A stretch of DNA of 54,061 bases from an uncultured Clostridia bacterium (GTDB lineage Bacteria > Bacillota > Clostridia > Oscillospirales > Acutalibacteraceae): NCBI GenBank assembly GCA_945982035.1, contig CAMFRO010000001.1:1-54061 (forward strand), read 5' to 3'. Both the position numbers and the translations under genes were made by a program. This document shows, piece by piece, positions 47,254 through 54,061 of the stretch. Below the pieces are notes generated by a model. The model made no database searches, had not been told where the DNA came from, and saw only the letters and a list, made by a program, of their open reading frames with translations. How positions within the stretch are numbered: the stretch's first letter is position 1; each line of letters opens with the position of its first letter.

Positions 47254-48079
47254 CTTTGCCCTCTCCTTTCAGTGCCTGAATGTTTTCCAGCAGTGCATTG
47301 CTGGGTTTACCGGATACGGATATTGCCGGCGGACTCACCGTTTTAACCGTTGGTGATGCACCTGTATTATCGCTTGATTTTCTCTCTATGGTGTCAAGAC
47401 GAGGAACGGTACCAAGTACGGGAATATCAAATTCTCTCTCAATGTCCTTAGCGTTGGTGATTGTTGAATCAAACATTTCATAAATAAAGAATCCAAGGAA
47501 TGAAACCACAAACAATGCCAGGGCGCCCACTAAAATATTTTTCTTTAAATTTGGAGAGGATGGGTTTGAGGGAACGGTTGCATAGTCTATAATTTCAACA
47601 CCGCCTGCTTTTACCACCCTGACTATTTCCTCCGGTGCAACCTTTGCTATTGAGTTTGCAATCTGTGCCGAAAGATTTGCGTCTTTGGTGTTGACCGTAA
47701 CCTGAAACGCCTGCGTGTCCTCAACAAGACTTGCGTTAACCATTTGCTTAAGCTCACTTGCTGATAAATGTAAATCAAGGTCGTCGGCTACCTTGTTGAG
47801 CACCGTATTGCTTTCAAGCACATAGATGTATGTATTTACAAGCTCCTTTGACGCAGTGATTTCGTTTGAAGTAATCGAAGTGTCGGAGCTTATTCTGTCT
47901 GTATTACTGTAAACATACATTTTTACCGTTGCGGAATATGTAGGGTCAATAAAAAAATGCGTAAAGCATCCTGCAATGATTCCGCCCAGCAATGTAAAAA
48001 GCAAGATGAAGATAACCTTAGTCCTCATCATATAAAATATTTTTCGTAAGTCTATATCTATTTCTTTTGTCTGTTCCAT
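47246..48079 (-). CDS. cpsC: Polysaccharide co-polymerase / kinase activator (CpsC/CapA/Wzz)
   Basis: EIDIDL, TM, PTYSA, IIDYA..P..PSSPN, TM, IPVLGTVP; ATG 48079 after GGAGGT. Confidence 0.9.
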   Translation of the reverse strand: MEQTKEIDIDLRKIFYMMRTKVIFILLFTLLGGIIAGCFTHFFIDPTYSATVKMYVYSNTDRISSDTSITSNEITASKELVNTYIYVLESNTVLNKVADDLDLHLSASELKQMVNASLVEDTQAFQVTVNTKDANLSAQIANSIAKVAPEEIVRVVKAGGVEIIDYATVPSNPSSPNLKKNILVGALALFVVSFLGFFIYEMFDSTITNAKDIEREFDIPVLGTVPRLDTIERKSSDNTGASPTVKTVSPPAISVSGKPSNALLENIQALKGEGKDE

Positions 48080-48117
48080 TTTATACCTCCGAGTGAGCAT
48101 AATATCGTATTGTAACA

Positions 48118-48146
48118 ATTATAACATTGCGACCGTGTTAAGTCAA
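48118..48146 (-). promoter_or_regulatory. Extended -10 sigma-A promoter of the polysaccharide operon
   Basis: TTGACT (48146-48141), 17 bp, TGtTATAAT. Confidence 0.8.
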
Positions 48147-48210
48147 TTATTTATATATAATTAATTTATATTAAATTGTGACAAATTTCGCAGCTCTATT
48201 ATTCACCGGT

Positions 48211-48240
48211 AAAAAAATAAAGCCCCGTCAAGCGGGGCTG
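48211..48240 (-). terminator. Terminator of the rny-dabb transcript
   Basis: Minus strand agccccg-cttga-cggggct-ttattttttt. Confidence 0.85.
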
Positions 48241-48308
48241 CAGACTGTTAGGGTAACGGTAATAATCCGAACCCGTCAAAAATATCGCTTTAATACTGCC
48301 AACTTAAA

Positions 48309-48602
48309 TTAGTCAATTAAATAGTCCATTGAAACACTGCTCTCGGCAACTGCGTGCATGTGCTTCTTTACAACAGAGCAATGATATTCGTCCTGCTGAT
48401 ATGCGTCAAGGGCATCTCTGTCGTCAAGGGTTACCTGAAGAATAACATCGTAGGACCTGGGGGAATGAAGAAAATCAATGCCTACCTCAATGGAGCGCAG
48501 TAAATCAACATTTCCCTCCATTGATCTTAATACCTCGGCGGCTTTTTTACATTCGCCCTCGCTGTTGTCCTTAAGCTTAAAGCAAACTATGTGTTTAATC
48601 AT
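48309..48602 (-). CDS. Dabb family stress-responsive A/B barrel protein
   Basis: MIKHIVCFKLK, IEVG.D, SYDVIL, L.AYQ...YH, MDY. Confidence 0.85.
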   Translation of the reverse strand: MIKHIVCFKLKDNSEGECKKAAEVLRSMEGNVDLLRSIEVGIDFLHSPRSYDVILQVTLDDRDALDAYQQDEYHCSVVKKHMHAVAESSVSMDYLID

Positions 48603-48620
48603 ATTACCGTTACCCCAATC

Positions 48621-48656
48621 AAAAATACCTGCCCGGAGAAGTCCTCCAAGCAGGCG
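48621..48656 (-). terminator. Stem-loop between rny and dabb
   Basis: Minus strand cctgcttggag-gactt-ctccgggcagg-tatttt. Confidence 0.6.
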
Positions 48657-48662
48657 TAATTT

Positions 48663-50219
48663 TTATTTTGCCACATCAAAGACTCTGTTTTCACGTATAA
48701 TGTTAACCTTGATTTGTCCGGGATATTCCATCTCTTCCTCAATCTTTTTAACAATTTCACGTGCTACAAGAGGCATCTTTTCATCGTCAACAACGGTGGG
48801 GTTAACCATAACCCTAACCTCTCTGCCTGCCTGAATGGCATAAGCCTTTTCAACTCCGTCAAAGCTTGTGGAAATTTCTTCAAGCTGCTGAAGCCTCTTG
48901 ATGTAGTTTTCAACATTTTCACGTCTTGCACCGGGACGTGCCGCAGATACTGCGTCAGCTGCCTGAACAAGAGCCGCTACTACGGTCTTGCATTCAATAT
49001 CACCGTGGTGAGCCTGAATTGCGTGTACAACCGCTTCGTTTTCTTTGTACTTTCTTGCGTATTCTACGCCGAGAGCAATATGGCTGCCCTCCATCTCGTG
49101 GTCAAGTGCCTTACCGATATCGTGAAGAAGTCCGGCACGGCGGGCAAGCTTTTCGTCTGCGCCAAGCTCTGCTGCCATAAGTCCTGCTATGTAGGACACT
49201 TCAAGAGAGTGCTTAAGTACGCTTTGACCGTAGGATGTACGGTATTTTAACTTACCTAAAAGCTTTACAAGCTCGGGGTGAATAGAACCGCAGTTTGCTT
49301 GAATTACAGCCTTTTCACCCTCAGCCTTAATCGTGGCTTCAACCTCACGTCTTGATTTATCATACATTTCCTCAATGCGTGTGGGGTGAATTCTGCCGTC
49401 TTGAATAAGTCTTTCAAGTGTAAGACGTGCAACCTCTCGTCTTACAGGGTCAAATGAACTGATTGTGATGGCCTCCGGCGTATCGTCTATAATAAGCTCA
49501 ACGCCTGTAATCTGCTCTATTGAACGGATATTTCTGCCCTCACGTCCGATTATTCTGCCCTTCATATCGTCACTGGGCAGGGCAACAACGGATACAGTTG
49601 TTTCTGCTGTGTGGTCTGCTGCACAACGCTGGATAGCAGTGCTGATTACCTCTCTTGCCAAAACATCGCTTTGGTCACGAATCATCTGCTCATACTCAAG
49701 AATTCTCTTGCTCTTTTCTACGTCAAGCTCAGATTCAAGCGAGGACATAAGCTGCTTTTTAGCGTCCTCCTGAGAAAGTCCTGAAATTCTTTCCAGCATA
49801 TCAAACTGGCTTTTCTTGATGCCATCGATTTCGAGTAATTTATCGTCTGCTTCTTTAAGTTTTTCGTTAAGACGTTCGCTTTTTTCTTCCAACGTGTCAG
49901 CCCTTTTGTCAAGGTATTCCTCACGCTGATTAAGACGTTTTTCCTGCTTTTGTACTTCGTTTCTTCTTTCACGGATATCTCTGTCCGCTTCTGTGCGAAG
50001 CTTGTGAATTTCGTCCTTTGCTTCAACAAGACGTGCCTTTTTAGTAGTCTCCGCCTCGGATAAAGCATTGTTAATAATTCTTGTGGCCTCCTGAGTGGCA
50101 GAGCCGATTTCCTTTTCGGAAGTCTTGCGTCTGTGCTCAATACCCAGTACGAACCCGATTACGCCGAAAACAATCGCAGCAATTACCGCTGCAATTATTG
50201 CAATAACAACATTACTCAT
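48663..50219 (-). CDS. rny: Ribonuclease Y
   Basis: N-terminal TM, coiled coil, KH motif [16 protein letters not shown] motif [18 protein letters not shown]; ATG 50219 after AGGAGGTG. Confidence 0.96.
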   Translation of the reverse strand: MSNVVIAIIAAVIAAIVFGVIGFVLGIEHRRKTSEKEIGSATQEATRIINNALSEAETTKKARLVEAKDEIHKLRTEADRDIRERRNEVQKQEKRLNQREEYLDKRADTLEEKSERLNEKLKEADDKLLEIDGIKKSQFDMLERISGLSQEDAKKQLMSSLESELDVEKSKRILEYEQMIRDQSDVLAREVISTAIQRCAADHTAETTVSVVALPSDDMKGRIIGREGRNIRSIEQITGVELIIDDTPEAITISSFDPVRREVARLTLERLIQDGRIHPTRIEEMYDKSRREVEATIKAEGEKAVIQANCGSIHPELVKLLGKLKYRTSYGQSVLKHSLEVSYIAGLMAAELGADEKLARRAGLLHDIGKALDHEMEGSHIALGVEYARKYKENEAVVHAIQAHHGDIECKTVVAALVQAADAVSAARPGARRENVENYIKRLQQLEEISTSFDGVEKAYAIQAGREVRVMVNPTVVDDEKMPLVAREIVKKIEEEMEYPGQIKVNIIRENRVFDVAK

Positions 50220-50384
50220 AGTCAACAGCACCTCCTTCTGTTTAAAATTCTCGTTCATCGCAGCACTTACGCCGAATCGGCAAAGTGCCAATCATCAGAA
50301 AAGGTACAGTTTTATGCAAATTCAGTCCTGCTTATCACCTTGCCGGCTACCGGCACAATATGTGGTAAACAGAATTTCTTAACT

Positions 50385-50413
50385 ATATTACACCTATATC
50401 TTGTATCTGTCAA
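50385..50413 (-). promoter_or_regulatory. rny promoter, implying a 5' UTR of about 160 nt
   Basis: TTGACA (50413-50408), 17 bp, TAATAT (50390-50385). Confidence 0.65.
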
Positions 50414-50525
50414 GTGTTTATATCGTAATTTGCTTATTTTTGCGTAAAGTGATTGAAACAATTTGTAATGTGTTCTGTAAAGAAAATAATACAAAGTGTA
50501 TTAAAAAAATATTTTTGAAATTTGT

Positions 50526-50554
50526 TTGACAATGACGGATTTTAGTGATATTAT
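50526..50554 (+). promoter_or_regulatory. thrS promoter
   Basis: TTGACA, 17 bp, TGaTATTAT. Confidence 0.75.
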
Positions 50555-50564
50555 ATCGGTAATA

Positions 50565-50788
50565 TGAGAAAGCCTTGAAGGGAACACGACAGTATGCTCT
50601 TATGCTTCAGAGAGCGTTTGTTTGGTGAAAAAACGTGCGACGGCTTACTGTTACCGGCCCTGAGTGTCCGCAGGAAATGGCGGACCGTATATCTGCGTTA
50701 AAGATTTTGAGCGGCAGGGCATAAGCCTTGCAATTCAGGTGGAACCGTGTATTTTCTGCACCCTGATTTTCAGGGTGCTTATTTTTTT
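50565..50788 (+). ncRNA. T-box riboswitch (Thr, specifier ACC)
   Basis: Stem I AGAGA and GGTGAAA motifs, specifier ACC at 50653-50655, GCGTTA, T-box CAGGTGGAACCG, terminator gcaccctga-ttt-tcagggtgc-ttattttttt. Confidence 0.92.
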
Positions 50789-50807
50789 ATGAAAGGAAGA
50801 AGATTTT

Positions 50808-52748
50808 ATGAAAATCACATTAAAAGACGGCTCTGTTTTGCAGTATGATGGTGCAAAAACAGCGGCAGACGTAACAAAAGACATTTCAATGGGACTTTTC
50901 CGTAATGCTACCTGCTGTAAGATTGACGGAGAAGTTAAGGATTTACGAACACTTATAGATACCGACTGCACTCTTGAGGTGCTTACGTTTGATGATGAGG
51001 ACGGCAGAAGGGCATTTAATCACACTGCCTCCCATGTTATGGCGCAGGCTGTAAAAAGGCTATATCCCGATGCAAAGCTCACAATCGGACCGGCTATTGA
51101 TGACGGCTTTTATTATGATTTTGATGTAGAAAAGCCATTTTCACCGGAGGATTTGGCTAAGATTGAAAAAGAAATGAAGGCCATAATCAAGGAGAATTAT
51201 GATATTGAAAAATTTGAGCTTTCTCCCGAGGAAGCAAAAAAACTTATGCAGGAGAAAAATGAGCCTTATAAGATTGAGCTTATTGAAGAGCATTCTGCCA
51301 AGGGCGAGCCAATAAGCTTTTATAAGCAGGGCGAATTTACCGAGCTTTGTGCAGGTCCTCATATTCCGGAGATGAAGGTTATTAAGGCTTTTAAGCTTAC
51401 AAACTGCACCGGTGCATATTGGAGAGGTAATTCGGAAAACAAAATGCTTTGCAGAGTTTACGGCACTGCTTTCCCGAAAGCATCTATGCTTGAGGAGCAT
51501 CTCAATAAGCTTGAAGAGGCTAAAAAGCGTGACCATAATAAATTGGGCAGAGAGCTTGAGCTTTTTACAACTGTTGATTATATCGGTCAGGGCTTGCCTA
51601 TTATGCTTCCCAAGGGAGCAAAGGTAATTCAGCTTATGCAGCGCTGGGTGGAGGATGAGGAGGCAAAGCGTGGCTGGCAGCTTACTAAAACTCCTCTTAT
51701 GGCAAAATCGGATTTGTATAAAATTTCCGGTCACTGGGACCACTATAAAGACGGTATGTTTGTTTTAGGCGATGAGGAAAAGGATAAGGAGGTTTTTGCA
51801 CTTCGTCCCATGACCTGTCCTTTCCAGTACCAAGCATATCTTAATAAACCTCGTTCATATAGAGATTTACCGCTCAGATATGACGAAACCTCAACTCTTT
51901 TCAGAAATGAGGCAAGCGGTGAAATGCACGGACTTATCCGTGTGCGTCAGTTCACAATTTCCGAAGGACATCTTATGTGTACTCCGGAGCAGCTGGAGGA
52001 CGAGTTCAGAGGCTGTCTTGAGCTTTGCGAATATATGCTCAAAACTCTCGGACTTTACGAGGATGTTACCTTTAGATTTTCACAGTGGGACCCCAATAAC
52101 AAAGAAAAGTACATCGGCACTCAGGAACAGTGGGACGAGGCTCAGGGCGTTATGAAAAATATTCTTGACGACCTTAAAATTGATTATAAAATCGGTATCG
52201 GCGAAGCAGCCTTCTACGGACCAAAGCTTGATATTCAAATCAAAAACGTGTTTGGCAAGGAAGATACTCTTATCACAATTCAAATTGACCAGATGCTTGC
52301 GGAAAAATTCGGTATGGAATATACCGACAGAGACGGTGCTAAGAAAAATCCATATATCATCCACAGAACATCAATCGGATGCTACGAGAGAACTCTTGCC
52401 CTGCTTATTGAAAAGTATGCAGGTGCATTTCCAACATGGCTTGCACCGGTTCAGGTTAAATTCCTACCTATTGCAGACCGTCATCTTGATTATGTTTACG
52501 AGGTTAAAAAGCAGTTTGAGTCGGCAGGAATTCGTTGTGAGGTTGATGACAGAAGTGAAAAAATCGGCTTCAAGATTCGCAGTGCTCAGCTTGAAAAGGT
52601 GCCTTATATGATTCTTGTAGGTGACAAGGATATTGAGGCGGGAACCATCTCCGTTCGTGCAAGAAAGGACGGCGATTTGGGTGCCTTTTCCGTTGACGAT
52701 TTCCTTGCAAAAATCAAGGAAGAAATTGACACAAAGGCAATATCCTAA
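50808..52748 (+). CDS. thrS: Threonine--tRNA ligase
   Basis: TGS domain, HTASHVMAQAV, ELCAGPH, RDHNKLG, SGHW, RPMTCP, FRNE, AAFYGPK, anticodon-binding domain. Confidence 0.97.
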   Translation: MKITLKDGSVLQYDGAKTAADVTKDISMGLFRNATCCKIDGEVKDLRTLIDTDCTLEVLTFDDEDGRRAFNHTASHVMAQAVKRLYPDAKLTIGPAIDDGFYYDFDVEKPFSPEDLAKIEKEMKAIIKENYDIEKFELSPEEAKKLMQEKNEPYKIELIEEHSAKGEPISFYKQGEFTELCAGPHIPEMKVIKAFKLTNCTGAYWRGNSENKMLCRVYGTAFPKASMLEEHLNKLEEAKKRDHNKLGRELELFTTVDYIGQGLPIMLPKGAKVIQLMQRWVEDEEAKRGWQLTKTPLMAKSDLYKISGHWDHYKDGMFVLGDEEKDKEVFALRPMTCPFQYQAYLNKPRSYRDLPLRYDETSTLFRNEASGEMHGLIRVRQFTISEGHLMCTPEQLEDEFRGCLELCEYMLKTLGLYEDVTFRFSQWDPNNKEKYIGTQEQWDEAQGVMKNILDDLKIDYKIGIGEAAFYGPKLDIQIKNVFGKEDTLITIQIDQMLAEKFGMEYTDRDGAKKNPYIIHRTSIGCYERTLALLIEKYAGAFPTWLAPVQVKFLPIADRHLDYVYEVKKQFESAGIRCEVDDRSEKIGFKIRSAQLEKVPYMILVGDKDIEAGTISVRARKDGDLGAFSVDDFLAKIKEEIDTKAIS

Positions 52749-52763
52749 ATATTCGACTATCAC

Positions 52764-52804
52764 GCTCTTGAAAGGCAACTTGGCTTTTCAAGAGCTGATT
52801 TTTT
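52764..52804 (+). terminator. Intrinsic terminator after thrS
   Basis: gctcttgaaaggc...gcttttcaagagc followed by a T tract. Confidence 0.8.
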
Positions 52805-52902
52805 GTCGTTTACCACGCAAATTCGGCTGTTCACCTATGGTTTATTGACTCATTTTCATAAAAATGGTAATTTACCTGTATAAAGAATTATGAGGTGTTT
52901 TT

Positions 52903-54061
52903 ATGAAAAAATTTATAAGCTTGATTCTATCGGCAGTTATGCTCATCAGTGTGATTGCCGGCGTTAACCTGTCAGCCTGTGCACAAACTACATATACATA
53001 TACTTCGTCCACAGGTAGCTTTAACTATATCGTTTTGGGCAACGGCACAATAGAAATTGAAAGGGTAATTATGAACAACGGTGTTGCTCTTGAATCTATT
53101 GTAATTCCCTCGTCAATTAAAGGAAAAACCGTAACCGGATTAGGTAAAAGCTCTTTATCTTCTTCAATGAGCGGCATGAGAAATGCAAAAAATGTATCTA
53201 TTCCAAATACAATTAAGTATATAGGCGAAAGTGCATTTAACTCCAGCGGTATTACCTCTATTTTGATACCATCCGGAGTTGAAATTATCGGAGATAATGC
53301 ATTTTCCAATTGTGACTTATTAACAAGTGTAACAATTCCGGGAAATGTAAAGGAAATAGGAAATTACTCTTTTTCATATTGTGATAACCTTGAATCTGTC
53401 ACTATTTCCAACGGTGTTGAATTAATTGGCGAATATGCGTTTGCCGGTTGTGAAAAATTGACAAGGCTGTCATTGGGCTACGGCGTAAAAACCATAGCAT
53501 TATCGGCTTTCAGTTCAAGCAGGCTTTCTTCCGTTACAATACCGTCAAGTGTTACAAGCATTGATTCTTGGGCTTTTAACAATAGCTATTTAACGACAGT
53601 AAAGATTTACAGCAAAAGCTGCAAAATAGCAGATTGGTCTGTATTTTATAATTCCGAGCGTATCAGTCAGGGCAAAAAAATTAATCTCTACGGATATAGA
53701 AATTCAACTACACAGACCTATGTGTCCAACAATATTTACAACTATAAATTTTATGCACTTGACCCTACAATCAAAAGTGCAAAGCTTTCAACCACCTCTT
53801 ACACTTATGACGGCAAGGTTAAAGCTCCTTCTGTAAAAATTATTGACAGCAACGGCAGAGTTCTTGTCAAAAATACTGATTATACCGTAACCTACGCAAG
53901 CGGTCGCAAGAATGTTGGTAAATATTCTGTAAAAATAAAATTCAAAGGAAATTACAGCGGCACAAAGACTCTGTATTTTACAATCAAGCCGAAGGCAACA
54001 AGCATATCATCACTTTCAGCCGGATCAAAGAAATTTACTGTAAAATGGAAAAAGCAATCAA
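52903..54061 (+). CDS. Secreted BspA/TpLRR-type leucine-rich-repeat surface protein (3' truncated; absent from ORF track)
   Basis: Manual translation: signal peptide MKKFISLILSAVMLISVIAG, repeats such as SVTIPGNVKEIGNYSFSYCDNL, then YTYDGKVKAPSV...KNVGKYSVKIKFKGNY...KKFTVKWKKQ; GAGGTG RBS; open to window end. Confidence 0.9.
   Translation, partial: MKKFISLILSAVMLISVIAGVNLSACAQTTYTYTSSTGSFNYIVLGNGTIEIERVIMNNGVALESIVIPSSIKGKTVTGLGKSSLSSSMSGMRNAKNVSIPNTIKYIGESAFNSSGITSILIPSGVEIIGDNAFSNCDLLTSVTIPGNVKEIGNYSFSYCDNLESVTISNGVELIGEYAFAGCEKLTRLSLGYGVKTIALSAFSSSRLSSVTIPSSVTSIDSWAFNNSYLTTVKIYSKSCKIADWSVFYNSERISQGKKINLYGYRNSTTQTYVSNNIYNYKFYALDPTIKSAKLSTTSYTYDGKVKAPSVKIIDSNGRVLVKNTDYTVTYASGRKNVGKYSVKIKFKGNYSGTKTLYFTIKPKATSISSLSAGSKKFTVKWKKQS

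Noticed and set aside
31444-48146. Phase variation of the polysaccharide locus by homopolymers or an invertible promoter
   Set aside because: A/T runs are short (about 8 nt or less) and expected at this composition; all frames are intact; no flanking inverted repeats or recombinase seen
50220-50291. N-terminal extension of RNase Y in the ORF track (start 50291)
   Set aside because: The strong RBS and TM helix indicate ATG 50219; the upstream region is the leader
50565-50788. T-box leader as a novelty
   Set aside because: Canonical Thr T-box with ACC specifier matching thrS
1-54061. CRISPR arrays, tRNA/rRNA genes, transposases, prophage or defence systems
   Set aside because: No repeat-spacer periodicity, stable-RNA signatures or such protein motifs found by eye

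Overview
A 54 kb chromosomal segment from a low-GC Gram-positive anaerobe. Sigma-A promoters, GGAGG ribosome-binding sites, a T-box, rny and a BspA-type LRR protein point to a gut Clostridia / Oscillospirales-like organism; that taxonomy is inference. The left part (1-31.4 kb) holds metabolic and transport genes: a dehydrogenase-GPH transporter-membrane EEP operon, a thiamine/HMP ABC operon, a polar amino acid ABC system with a GH36 enzyme, fprA, a GH2 beta-galactosidase with acpS and nnr, a stand-alone E2 acyltransferase domain, SulP, EamA, trmB, bioY, metY, coaX, SCP2, a GH3 enzyme and xth. A 16.6 kb Wzy-type polysaccharide locus lies on the minus strand (31.4-48.1 kb), followed by dabb, rny, T-box-thrS and a truncated LRR surface protein. 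No CRISPR array, rRNA, tRNA or intact mobile element was seen. Three leads stand out. (1) A TPP-riboswitch-like leader keeps the pyrimidine-sensing arm, but its pyrophosphate-binding internal loop has collapsed into a continuous hairpin, so it may sense unphosphorylated thiamine or HMP. (2) A promoter-driven, pseudoknot-capable orphan RNA of about 150-180 nt lies upstream of fprA. (3) The polysaccharide locus carries a radical SAM enzyme and two pyruvyl-transferase/FrhB-like Fe-S pairs but no flippase or nucleotide-sugar genes, suggesting undescribed on-glycan tailoring chemistry. All calls come from reading motifs by eye; no database searches or folding programs were run.
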